A stretch of 64,000 nucleotides of DNA from an uncultured Chloroflexia bacterium. GTDB lineage: Bacteria; Chloroflexota; Limnocylindria; Limnocylindrales; CSP1-4. The translations under genes were made by a program, and so were the position numbers. Position 1 is the stretch's first letter; every line of letters starts with the position of its first letter. Below the pieces are notes generated by a model. It saw only the letters and a list, made by a program, of their open reading frames with translations, was not told the DNA's origin and searched no databases. Positions 35,991-44,745 of the stretch are shown here, piece by piece. The DNA lies in NCBI GenBank assembly GCA_963729175.1, contig CAVSMY010000011.1, positions 151,926 through 215,925 on the forward strand, read 5' to 3'.

Positions 35991-37598
35991 CTACCGGGTC
36001 GGCGTGGGCGCGAGCTCCGCCCGTTCGTCACGGTGGTCCCAGACCGTCGTCAAGGGGTCGCGCCGCCCGAGGGCCAACCACGTGAGCGGGGCGACCACGA
36101 GCGCCACCAGACCGGTGAACGCCAGGCTCACCCGAAGCGCCATGGTGAAGGCCGTGGCATAGCGCGCCACGTCCGCAGGGTCCAGCGTCGGCGCGATCTG
36201 ACCGAGCTCGGGTGTCCCGATGGCCGTGAGGACGTCGCGGAACGCCGCTACTGCCGCATCCCGTGCGGCAGGATCGAGCCCGCCGAGCGTCCCGGCATAG
36301 GCATCGAGCGCCAGACGCGTCGTGACGACGGTGACGACGACGAGGCCGATCCTGCTGCCCACCAGCACCGATCCCTCGTTGAGCGCCGCGGCGGTCGCCG
36401 GCAGGCCGCGCGACACGCTCGCGAAGATGATCGCCGTCCGGACGGTCGTGGCGACGACGAACCCTGCCCCGATGAGGACGAACGGCAGGACGAGCGTCGG
36501 ATACGGGACTCGCGGTCCGAGCGCGAGCGCGGCCAGCAGGTTGCCCACGCCGACCGCACCGACCCCCGCTGCGATCAGGGTCCGCGGCCCGAACCGGGAG
36601 ATGAGCACCCCCGCCACCGGCCCGGCGACGATGAGCGCGAGGATGAATGGCGCGGTCGCGAGGGTCGCCACGAGGGTGCCGTACCGAAGGACGACGTCGA
36701 GGAACAGGGGCAGCTGGAACAGCGGTGCCGCCTCGGCGAACCCGACCACGACGCCCACGACGATGGCGACGGTCACGGGTCGCCGTTCGATCGCGAGGTG
36801 GTCCGGATCTGCGGCGCCGCGGCGTCGCCGGTCCCAGACGACCGACGCCAGGAGCACCGCCAGGGCGCCGACGATGAGGACCACCCGCAGACCGTCGCCG
36901 GAGCCACTGCCGATGCCGACGACGCTCGCGGTCAGGACGACGATCGCGAACGCCCAGGCGGCCGTCCAGACGACGTACGAGCGCTGCGAGCGACCGACGG
37001 CAGGCAGGTCGGGAGCGCGGCCCCGGGCGAACCAGAGGGCGATCAAGGAGGCCGCGGCGGACGCGGCGAACGCCGGCCACGTCGGGCCGGCCGGGCCCAG
37101 GATCGTGAGCAGGACGGGCGACGCGGCCGTGGCGCCGCCGTAGACCGCGTAGACCACGCCGATGGCCGTCGCCCGGCCGATGCCGCTGTAGGTCATCGCC
37201 ACGAGGGCGAAGGCGAAGGGCAGGACGGCGCTTGCCGCCGCGGCGCCCGCCAGCCGAGTCAGGAGGAACAGCGGGCCCGAGGTGACGACGAGACCGACGA
37301 GGCTCGTCGCGAACAGGACGGCCAGGGCGCCGAGAAGGATCCTCCGCCGCCCATCGGCGTCGCCAAGGACCCCGCCGACGAACAGGAGCCCGGCGCTGAT
37401 GAGCGTGACGACCAGGATGAGGGTCTCCGTCTCCGGTCGCGCCCGGACGGCCGCCTGGACGGAGGGGAACCCCGGGGAGTAGACCCGGGGCTCCAGGCCC
37501 GCGGCGCCGAGCGCGACCGCAGCCACGAGCAGCACGCGCGCCGCGCCGGGCTCGGCGACGAGGTCGCGAAACACCGCCGGGATGGGCAGACGGCTCAC
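35991..37598 (-). CDS. MFS transporter (14-TM DHA2-like)
   Basis: ORF 35991..37598. Continuous hydrophobic segments and GDADGRRRILL-type loop motifs. Confidence 0.85.
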   Translation of the reverse strand: MSRLPIPAVFRDLVAEPGAARVLLVAAVALGAAGLEPRVYSPGFPSVQAAVRARPETETLILVVTLISAGLLFVGGVLGDADGRRRILLGALAVLFATSLVGLVVTSGPLFLLTRLAGAAAASAVLPFAFALVAMTYSGIGRATAIGVVYAVYGGATAASPVLLTILGPAGPTWPAFAASAAASLIALWFARGRAPDLPAVGRSQRSYVVWTAAWAFAIVVLTASVVGIGSGSGDGLRVVLIVGALAVLLASVVWDRRRRGAADPDHLAIERRPVTVAIVVGVVVGFAEAAPLFQLPLFLDVVLRYGTLVATLATAPFILALIVAGPVAGVLISRFGPRTLIAAGVGAVGVGNLLAALALGPRVPYPTLVLPFVLIGAGFVVATTVRTAIIFASVSRGLPATAAALNEGSVLVGSRIGLVVVTVVTTRLALDAYAGTLGGLDPAARDAAVAAFRDVLTAIGTPELGQIAPTLDPADVARYATAFTMALRVSLAFTGLVALVVAPLTWLALGRRDPLTTVWDHRDERAELAPTPTR

Positions 37599-37649
37599 CG
37601 GATCGATCCTAGCAAGGCGACGACCGCCCGATGCCTGGGCCGCCGGAAG

Positions 37650-38363
37650 TCAGCCTCGGCGCGGATCGAGCGCGTGACCCTCGACGCACAGGGCGACGAC
37701 CCCGAGGGCCGCGAGCCGCGCCGCCGTCGGCCGGCGCGTCACCGTCCAGGCGGCGATCTCGAGCCCGGCCGCCCGGGCCCGCGCGATCGACGACTCCGAC
37801 ACCGCACGCCACTGCGCGGAGATCCCGACACAGCCGAGGTCGACCGCCGTCGCGATGGTCCGACGACCGAGGTCGGCGGCGTTGAGCCACAGCGGCCAGC
37901 CCGGCGCCAGCTCGCGGACGTCGCGAAGGACGCGGGGATCGAACGACGAGACGACCACCCCCGGCGGTGGATCGCTGCGGGCGGCCCGGATGTCGGCGAC
38001 CGCCTCGGCCGCCACCGGCTCCTTCAGCTCGATATCGAGGAACGCCGGCGGCGGGGCCGCCTCGAGGACCGCCGCGAGCGTCGGGACCCCGAGCGCCTCG
38101 AGGTCGGCGGTCCACATCGTGTGGACGCTGTCCGGCCGGCGCTGGACCCGACGGAGGGTGTCGTCGTGGATGACGACCGCGACACCGTCGGCCGATGCCC
38201 GGACGTCGAACTCGAGGCCGCCGCAGCCCGGGACGGCGAGCGCGGCGTGGAAGGCGGCGAGGCTGTTCTCGGTCGCCTGCCGGTGGTCGCCCCGATGGGC
38301 GAGCAGCAGCGGTCCTTCCGCGCGCGCCAGCGCGCCGGTCGGCGCCGGGACGACGGCGGTCAT
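37650..38363 (-). CDS. Glycerophosphodiester phosphodiesterase
   Basis: In the ORF 37650..39131 frame from ATG 38363: LLLAHRGDHRQATENSLAAFHAAL...GLEFDVRASADGVAVVIHDDTL...LDIELK. ATGA overlap with the upstream stop. Confidence 0.85.
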   Translation of the reverse strand: MTAVVPAPTGALARAEGPLLLAHRGDHRQATENSLAAFHAALAVPGCGGLEFDVRASADGVAVVIHDDTLRRVQRRPDSVHTMWTADLEALGVPTLAAVLEAAPPPAFLDIELKEPVAAEAVADIRAARSDPPPGVVVSSFDPRVLRDVRELAPGWPLWLNAADLGRRTIATAVDLGCVGISAQWRAVSESSIARARAAGLEIAAWTVTRRPTAARLAALGVVALCVEGHALDPRRG

Positions 38364-39106
38364 CCGATCCGCAGGTCCGCGACCAGACCCAGGTGGTCGG
38401 ATGGATAGAGGGTCGGATCGCCCACGGCCGGCCGATCGAAGGCCAGCCGCGCCGAGGCGACCTCCACCGCACCGCGGACCCAGATGTAGTCGAGGCAGCC
38501 GGGCTCGCCGTCGGTATCGATCCCGGGCGCCTGGAGGCCCGACGGCCAGGTGACGGCCGGCTCGTCTCCGTTCGCGACGAGCGACGCCGAGCGGAAGCCA
38601 GCCGTGGACATCCGGGCATAGGTCGGCTCGTCGGGCTCGGCGTTGAAGTCGCCGACGACGACCTGGGCCGTCGCGCTCGGCGCGGCGTCGAGCCAGGCGA
38701 CGAGGGCGGCCGCCTGTTCGTCCCGGAAGCCCTCGTCGGCGGGCACGTGGTGGAGGTGGGTGACGCTGAACAGGATCGTGTCGGACCCGGAGACGGCGAC
38801 CCGGGCACGGAAGGCCGAACGCTGGGCCCCGAGCTCCAGGCGCTCGGGATCGTCGGCTGGCAGGTCCTCGGAGACCAGGAGGCTGTTGCCGTATTCCGGG
38901 CGACCCGCCCAGCCACGCTCGATCCGGTACCGCCGGCCACCGCCCGCCGCGATGATCCGGTCCTGCTCCATCGGGAAGACGACCTCCTGGAGCCCCAAAA
39001 GGTCCGGCCGCACGCTGGCCATGTCGGCCAGGATCAAGGGCAGCCGCTCGGCCCAGCGGTCCGCGAAGTGGCGGATGTTCAACGTCGCGACGCGGACCGC
39101 GGTCAT
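38360..39106 (-). CDS. Endonuclease/exonuclease/phosphatase (EEP) family protein
   Basis: ORF 38360..39106. VATLNIRH, DLLGLQEV, GNSLL, VVGDFNAEPDE, SDHLGLVADL. ATGA overlap with the kinase stop. Confidence 0.8.
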   Translation of the reverse strand: MTAVRVATLNIRHFADRWAERLPLILADMASVRPDLLGLQEVVFPMEQDRIIAAGGGRRYRIERGWAGRPEYGNSLLVSEDLPADDPERLELGAQRSAFRARVAVSGSDTILFSVTHLHHVPADEGFRDEQAAALVAWLDAAPSATAQVVVGDFNAEPDEPTYARMSTAGFRSASLVANGDEPAVTWPSGLQAPGIDTDGEPGCLDYIWVRGAVEVASARLAFDRPAVGDPTLYPSDHLGLVADLRIG

Positions 39107-40347
39107 CGGACCTCGCCCGCTGCGACGGCATCGCCGACGCTCCCGCCGGCGTCGGCAGGATGGCCCGCTGCGTCCGTCGCGACCGGCAGGATCACCGCGA
39201 ACGTCGAGCCGCGGCCGTCCTCCGACTCGAGCTCGATCCGGCCACCGTGGGCCTCCACGATGTGCCGGGCGATCGACAGCCCGAGGCCCGTCCCGCCGCC
39301 ACGGACGCGGGCCCGATCGACCTTGTAGAAGCGCTCGAAGACCCGCGGCTGGGCACTCCGCGGGATGCCGACCCCGTGGTCCTCGATCTCGACCTCGACC
39401 TCGCCGGTCTCGGTCTCGGAGCGCCCCCGGACGATCACGTCTCCACCGTCGGGGCTGAACTTCACCGCGTTGTGGAGGAGGTTGACGAAGACCTGTCCCA
39501 GGCGTTCCTCGTCGCCGCGGACCGGCGGGAGTCCGTCGGGCACATCGACGATGAGGTGGACGCCCTGCCGCTCGGCGAACAGCCGCAGCCGCTCGGCGGA
39601 CGCGGCGGCGAGTCGCCCCAGGTCGACCAGGTCATTAAGGGCGAGCGGCGGGCCGGACTCGATCCGGGACAGGTCGAGCAGCTCGGTGACCATCTGGACA
39701 AGGTGCCCGGTCTCTTCCTCGACCTTGCCGATCCGTTCGCGCATCCGCGTCGGGATCGCGTCGCCGGCGGCCTCGGCGTCGCGAGACAGGGTCTCCGCCA
39801 GGAGGCTGATCGTCGTCAGCGGCGTCCGGAGCTCGTGGCTCAGGTTGTCGATGAACTCGGCCCGGATCTGCTGGAGCCGGCGCAGCTCGGTCACGTCCTC
39901 CAGGACGAGCCAGACGCCGCGGGTCGGCGATCGGCGAGCCCGGACGACGAGGACCCGTCCGTCGCTGTCGCGGCTCGGCAGCTCGGTCGTCGTCGAGGCC
40001 GATGGACGGGCGCTGGCGACCAGGGTCTCGATCCGACGGTCGAGGAAGGCCTCCATGACGCTCCGTCCGACAAGGCCGCCGGACGGTCTGCCGAGGAGCG
40101 TGGCCGCGGCGGCGTTCGACCAGTCGATCCGACCGGACGGGTCCACGTGCAGGACGCCGGACTGGATCGCGGCGGCCAGCGCCAGGCCGTCCTCGTCGAG
40201 CGGCCGGTCGGCGGACTGCTGCTCACGTTCCTGCCCGGCGATCCGCTCCGGGACGGGCTCGGCGGCAGCCCGACGCCGGGCGATCGCGAAGCCGACAGCG
40301 GCGCCGAGCAGCGCCAGGGCGATCGCGAGGAGGACCGGGACGTCCAT
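39103..40347 (-). CDS. Sensor histidine kinase (PhoR/SenX3-like)
   Basis: ORF 39103..40347. N-terminal TM, a PAS-like region, H-box FIDNLSHELRTPLTT, N-box LLHNAVKFSP, G-boxes DHGVGIP and GGTGLGLSIA. Confidence 0.9.
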   Translation of the reverse strand: MDVPVLLAIALALLGAAVGFAIARRRAAAEPVPERIAGQEREQQSADRPLDEDGLALAAAIQSGVLHVDPSGRIDWSNAAAATLLGRPSGGLVGRSVMEAFLDRRIETLVASARPSASTTTELPSRDSDGRVLVVRARRSPTRGVWLVLEDVTELRRLQQIRAEFIDNLSHELRTPLTTISLLAETLSRDAEAAGDAIPTRMRERIGKVEEETGHLVQMVTELLDLSRIESGPPLALNDLVDLGRLAAASAERLRLFAERQGVHLIVDVPDGLPPVRGDEERLGQVFVNLLHNAVKFSPDGGDVIVRGRSETETGEVEVEIEDHGVGIPRSAQPRVFERFYKVDRARVRGGGTGLGLSIARHIVEAHGGRIELESEDGRGSTFAVILPVATDAAGHPADAGGSVGDAVAAGEVR

Positions 40348-40483
40348 GTCCGGAGCATCGCATACGACCGGTCACGCCGCCGCCGTGTCGCAGATGCCGA
40401 TGGTGGCTTGACGGACGCCCGATCGGCCGACAGATTCGCAGCCGGTGCCGGTCGCCCTTCCGGGACCATGAGGAGGGCCGGGG

Positions 40484-41023
40484 ATGAGCTTCCTGCAGAA
40501 GGCCAAGGACGCCGCTCAATCGATGGCCGACCAGGCCAAGACAGCGGCCGAGCAGGTCGCCGAGAAAGCGCAGGACAAGGACACTCAGGACCGCCTCAAA
40601 GGCCAGATGACGAGCGGGATGCACCTCGCCCGACGCGGGATGAAGACCGTCATCGACCGGATCGACCCGGGAACGCTGGCCGAGGTGATCATCAAAGCGA
40701 CGGCGATCCAGGAGCTGGCGAACCGGGCCTTGAAGGAGAAGGGCTCGCCCTACCGGATCAGCGAGATCTCGATCACCGCGACGATCCCGCCGGGCGTGAA
40801 CTTCGCGATCGGGCGGGTCGATGATCCCCATCTCGCCGCCCACGGTGTCTTCAGCTCGACCGAGCTCGCGGCAGCGAGCGAGGGCGACCCGGTCCTGTCG
40901 CTCACGGGCGCGACCGATGTCGCCGAGCTGGCGGCCGAGGTCGAAGCCGGCGACATCGCCGAGGAGCCAGAGCCGCCCGCCTCCGAGAGCACCCTGCCGG
41001 ACGCCAGCGCCCGGCCCTGGTAG
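40484..41023 (+). CDS. Hypothetical protein (N-terminal amphipathic Lys/Ala/Gln helix)
   Basis: ORF 40484..41023. GAGGAGGG 6 nt upstream and good GC3. MSFLQKAKDAAQSMADQAKTAAEQVAEKAQDKDTQDRLKG... No family recognised. Confidence 0.65.
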   Translation: MSFLQKAKDAAQSMADQAKTAAEQVAEKAQDKDTQDRLKGQMTSGMHLARRGMKTVIDRIDPGTLAEVIIKATAIQELANRALKEKGSPYRISEISITATIPPGVNFAIGRVDDPHLAAHGVFSSTELAAASEGDPVLSLTGATDVAELAAEVEAGDIAEEPEPPASESTLPDASARPW

Positions 41024-41050
41024 GGCGGGGCCGGCCGAGCCGGGCCCCGG

Positions 41051-42757
41051 TCAGGCGGGGACGGCCCCGGTCAGGCGGGCCTCGACCGCATCGATGGGCT
41101 CGACCCGCCGCTCGCCGGTCGCCCGGTCGGTCACCTCGATCCCGCCCGCAGCCAGCGAGCGGGGGCTGACCGTCAGGATCGTCGGCATGCCCAGCAGCTC
41201 CGCGTCGGTGAACTTCACCCCGGGCGACTCGGGCCGGTCGTCGTACAGGATCTCGCGACCGGCGGCGGCCGCGGCCTCGTGGAGCCGCTCGGCGACCTCG
41301 GTCACTCGCGGATCCTTGTCCGACCCGATCGCGACCAGGTGGGCCGGATAGGGAGCCACCTCGGCCGGCCAGACGATGCCCTTGTCGTCGTGGTGCGCCT
41401 CGACGATGCAGGCGACGTTCCGCCCCAGGCCGATGCCATACGAGCCCATGACGACCGGGTGACGCTCGCCGTCGTCGCCCAGGTAATAGGCCCCGAGCGA
41501 TTCCGAGAAGTCGGTCCCGAGCTTGAAGATGTTGCCGACCTCGATGCCCTTCGAGAGATGCAGCGGCGAGCCGCAGCGCGGGCACGGGTCGCCGTCGCGG
41601 GCGCTCGTGATGTCGGCCACGATGTCGGGCGCGTAGTCGCGTGGGACGTTGACGTTGCGGACGTGCCAGCCCGGCCGGTTCGCCCCGGCGACCAGGTTCG
41701 GGGCGCGCATCACGAGGTCGTCGACGACGATGACCGCGTCGCGGGCACCGATCGGAGAGCCGTAGCCGGCCTCCATGCCCCGGGCGGTGATCTCCTCGAT
41801 GTGGGCCGGCCGGAGGCCGCCGATCGCCGTGACGGCGTTGGCGAGCTTCGTCTCCTCGACGTCGTAGTCGCCCCGGACGACGGCGACGACGAACCGCCCA
41901 TCGCCGGTCATGAAGAACGCCGCCTTGGCGGTCTTGGACTTCGGGATGGCGAGGAAGTTCGCGAGGGCCTCGATGGTCGTCGCGCCGGGTGTCTCGACGT
42001 CCTCCATCGGGAGGAGCTGCTCGGGCTCCGGATCGGGCTTCCCGACCACCGCGATCTGCTGGTTGTCGGCGAAGTCGCCGTTGTCGCACAGGACCAGGGT
42101 GTCCTCGCCGAAGTCGTTCAGGACCATGAACTCATGGGCCCCCGAGCCGCCCATGATCCCGACGTCGGACCGGACCATGATCGCGTCGAGGCCGAGGCGC
42201 TCGAAGATCCGTTCGTAGGCGACGCGGTGCTTCTCGTAGCTGACGTCGAGACCGGCAGCGTCGCGGTCACAGGAGTACGAGTCCTTCATCACGAACTCGC
42301 GGACCCGGATGAGCCCGCCGCGGGCCCGCGGCTCATCACGGAACTTCGTCTGGAAGTGGTAGACGATCATCGGCAGCTGGCGATAGCTCTGCACGATGTC
42401 TCGCAGCAGCAGCGCCACGACCTCCTCGTGGGTCATCGCGATGACCATGTCGCGCTCCGCCCGGTCGTGGAATCGGACGAGCTCGGGGCCGATCTTGAAG
42501 TAGCGGCCGCTGTCCTTCCAGATCTCGGCCGGGTGGACGACCGGCATCTCCATCTCCTGGCCACCGATGCGGTCGATCTCCTCGCGGATGACCTGCTCGA
42601 CCCGGTCGCTGACCTTCTTCCCGAGCGGCAGGAGCGAGTAGATGCCCGAGGCGAGCTGGCGGACATAGCCGGCCCGGACGAGGAGCTTGTGCGACACCAT
42701 GTCGGTCTCTGCCGGGTCGTCGCGGAGCGTCGTGAAGAACAGCTGTGACAGGCGCAT
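41051..42757 (-). CDS. proS: Proline--tRNA ligase (bacterial type with INS editing domain)
   Basis: ORF 41051..42784, with Met at 42757: MRLSQLFFTTLRDDPAE...AGYVRQLASGIYSLLPLG...FRDEPRARGGLIRVREFVMKDSYS...GIEVGNIFKLGTDFSE...MGSYGIGLGR. Confidence 0.95.
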   Translation of the reverse strand: MRLSQLFFTTLRDDPAETDMVSHKLLVRAGYVRQLASGIYSLLPLGKKVSDRVEQVIREEIDRIGGQEMEMPVVHPAEIWKDSGRYFKIGPELVRFHDRAERDMVIAMTHEEVVALLLRDIVQSYRQLPMIVYHFQTKFRDEPRARGGLIRVREFVMKDSYSCDRDAAGLDVSYEKHRVAYERIFERLGLDAIMVRSDVGIMGGSGAHEFMVLNDFGEDTLVLCDNGDFADNQQIAVVGKPDPEPEQLLPMEDVETPGATTIEALANFLAIPKSKTAKAAFFMTGDGRFVVAVVRGDYDVEETKLANAVTAIGGLRPAHIEEITARGMEAGYGSPIGARDAVIVVDDLVMRAPNLVAGANRPGWHVRNVNVPRDYAPDIVADITSARDGDPCPRCGSPLHLSKGIEVGNIFKLGTDFSESLGAYYLGDDGERHPVVMGSYGIGLGRNVACIVEAHHDDKGIVWPAEVAPYPAHLVAIGSDKDPRVTEVAERLHEAAAAAGREILYDDRPESPGVKFTDAELLGMPTILTVSPRSLAAGGIEVTDRATGERRVEPIDAVEARLTGAVPA

Positions 42758-42829
42758 GGGGGACACAGGATATCGGTCGCACACTTCGCCCGTCGGGCCC
42801 GGAAGCTTCCGTCGTCGGCACTGCGCGAC

Positions 42830-43060
42830 TCAGGCGGCGAGCCAGCCCTCGCCGATGGCCGGGATGACGAGCTCGGGGTCCTCGAGATCGAGGACGTCGG
42901 GCAGCGACGTCGCCGGTCGGGTGGTAGCCCGCGCGATCGTCTCGACCGCTGTCGGGAGCGCCGGACCGAGGTGCCGACCGACCGGATGATGTCGTCCGCG
43001 GATCGCCCGATCGCGGGCCTCCCGCACGCGTCGTCGGCTGGCCGGTCGCGACGGGCTCAT
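42830..43060 (-). CDS. Hypothetical small protein (76 aa)
   Basis: MSPSRPASRRRVREARDRAIRGRHHPVGRHLGPALPTAVETIARATTRPATSLPDVLDLEDPELVIPAIGEGWLAA (tail of ORF 42830..43447). High GC3, and the start overlaps the upstream stop (TGATG at 43058-43062). Confidence 0.4.
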   Translation of the reverse strand: MSPSRPASRRRVREARDRAIRGRHHPVGRHLGPALPTAVETIARATTRPATSLPDVLDLEDPELVIPAIGEGWLAA

Positions 43061-43440
43061 CAGTGTTGGACGAGCTGCAGCTCGGCCGCCAGCGGCTCCG
43101 GCCACATCGGGCGGGCCGCTCCGTCGCTGAGCTCGAGCCAACGGATCGCGTACGCGACCGCAGCGGGTGACCGTGCCAGGGCCTCCCGGTCGTCCGGCAC
43201 CGAGACGTGGAACCCCTCGCGACCGAAGGACGCCGCGAGCGCGGCGCGCGAGCGGAGCGGCGCGAGATGGCGCCGGATCAGCTCGACCTCCCGGCAGAAG
43301 ACCGGGCGGTCCCAGGCGGATGGTCGGGGCGCGGCTCCCTGGATCACGAGCAGCGACAGGGCCGACCGCGCAAGGCGTCGGCGCGGGTCGTCTGTCGAGG
43401 GCGACGGGCCGGCGATCACGCGTCGAACGCTCGGGGCCAC
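43060..43440 (-). CDS. Hypothetical protein (126 aa)
   Basis: ORF 43060..43440. High GC3. Directly downstream of the response regulator. No family recognised. Confidence 0.5.
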   Translation of the reverse strand: MAPSVRRVIAGPSPSTDDPRRRLARSALSLLVIQGAAPRPSAWDRPVFCREVELIRRHLAPLRSRAALAASFGREGFHVSVPDDREALARSPAAVAYAIRWLELSDGAARPMWPEPLAAELQLVQH

Positions 43441-43443
43441 AGG

Positions 43444-44295
43444 TCAACGCCCGGTCAGCGGTCGGTGAACAGCCGACCTCGCCGAGTCAACGTTCAGCCG
43501 CCATTCTTCAGCCTTCGGACCCCACTCATGCCTCGGCCGCCGCCTCCACCGAGTCCGCGCCCCGGCTTCGATGCCGGCCGCGGCGACGTCCGGCGGCGGC
43601 CGCCGGAACACGTAGCCGACGCCGCGCACCGTGTGGAGGAACGCCGGTTCCGACGGATCCTCCTCGATCTGGCTCCGGAGCCAGTGGATGTGGACGTCGA
43701 CGGTCCGGGTCTCGCCGGCATAGTCGTAGCCCCAGACGTGCTCGAGCAGCTGGTCGCGGGTGAAGACCTGGCCGGGGTGTCGGACGAGGAAGGCGAGCAG
43801 CTCGAAGGCCTTCGGCTTGACCGGCAGGGCCTGGCCGTCGCGAAGGAGCCGATGGCCGGCCAGATCGACCTGGACCGAGCCCAGGTCGACGATCGCCGGA
43901 GGCGCCTCGACCGACTGCTGCTCCGTCCGCCGGAACATCGCCCGGACCCGAGCGGTCAGCTCGCGCAGGCTGAAGGGCTTGGTCACGTAGTCGTCGGCGC
44001 CGAGCTCGAGCCCGACGACCTTGTCGAGCTCGGAGTCCTTCGCGGTCAGCATGACGATCGGCACGCCCGACTCGCGCCGGATGATCCGACAGACCTCGAT
44101 GCCGGACATCTCGGGCAGCATCAGGTCGAGCAGGATCAGGTCCGGCCGCTCGGCGCGGAAGCGGGTCAGCCCCTCGCGGCCGTCGGCCGCCGTGACGACG
44201 CGATAGCCGTCCGCCTCGAGCGCCTCGGCGAGCGTCTCGCGCAGGGTCGGCTCATCGTCCACGACAAGGATCGTTCGGGCCACTCGCGACAGCAT
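43444..44295 (-). CDS. OmpR-family response regulator (PhoP/RegX3-like)
   Basis: ORF 43444..44295. ILVVDDEPTLRETL, PDLILLDLMLPEMSG, MLTAKD, DDYVTKPF, wHTH ...TRTVDVHIHWLRSQIE...LHTVRGVGYVF. GC3 is poor in the last ~50 codons, and a frameshifted end at TGA about 43526 is possible. The start may be GTG 44283. Confidence 0.9.
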   Translation of the reverse strand: MLSRVARTILVVDDEPTLRETLAEALEADGYRVVTAADGREGLTRFRAERPDLILLDLMLPEMSGIEVCRIIRRESGVPIVMLTAKDSELDKVVGLELGADDYVTKPFSLRELTARVRAMFRRTEQQSVEAPPAIVDLGSVQVDLAGHRLLRDGQALPVKPKAFELLAFLVRHPGQVFTRDQLLEHVWGYDYAGETRTVDVHIHWLRSQIEEDPSEPAFLHTVRGVGYVFRRPPPDVAAAGIEAGARTRWRRRPRHEWGPKAEEWRLNVDSARSAVHRPLTGR

Positions 44296-44306
44296 CGCCG
44301 CCCACT

Positions 44307-44334
44307 GTTAACGACTCGTTAGAGAGCAGTCAAC
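44307..44334. promoter_or_regulatory. Pho-box-like repeats immediately upstream of the response-regulator gene
   Basis: GTTAACgactcGTTAGAgagcaGTCAAC, three hexamers with exact 11-nt spacing (44307, 44318, 44329), 12-40 nt upstream of the annotated start. Confidence 0.5.
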
Positions 44335-44348
44335 AGGCACGGCCGGCT

Positions 44349-44745
44349 TCACCGACCGTGCTCGAGGATGAACCATTCGGTGAATGAGCTGCAGCGCCCG
44401 TCGGCATCGAACTCGAGCAGGTAGCTGTTGTGATACCGGCGCTCGAGCGGACCCGCCAGGCCCGGCGAAGTAGTCCGAATGACCGACCGCGACCGCGCGA
44501 TCGCCCTCGATCGCGAACGGGCGGTACTCCGCGTCGTACGTTCCGGGCGCGTCGCGGGTCGTCGCATCGCCGCCGGGTTCGACCCAGTCGGCGACGATCG
44601 CGTCGCGCCCGCGGAGCGGCTCGTCCCAGGGGTGGTAGCGATACTCCGCGTCCTCGCTGAACAGGTCGCCGATCTCGGCCGGGTCGAAGGACTTCCAGGC
44701 GGCGACGTAGCGGTCGAGCCAGACCTGGACGTCGTCGTGGGTCAT
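44349..44745 (-). pseudogene. SnoaL-like / NTF2-fold protein, one frameshift near 44455
   Basis: MTHDDVQVWLDRYVAAWKSFDPAEIGDLFSEDAEYRYHPWDEPLRGRDAIVADW...AVGHSDYF (ORF 44308..44745). The C-terminus ERRYHNSYLLEFDADGRCSSFTEWFILEHGR is in ORF 44349..44567. Confidence 0.65.

Noticed and set aside
35250-38408. 1052-aa plus-strand ORF, the longest uninterrupted plus ORF in the region
   Set aside because: The translation is Arg/Asp/Gly/Pro-rich low complexity with no motifs. It is fully antisense to well-supported minus-strand genes (FAD oxidoreductase, MFS, GDPD, EEP). This is a typical stop-free antisense frame of a high-GC genome.
41042-41080. 20-bp tandem duplication (ggccccggtcaggcggg twice) spanning the proS stop codon
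   Set aside because: It is a simple local duplication in a 27-nt convergent gap. It only changes or extends the last few proS codons, and no further structure is evident.
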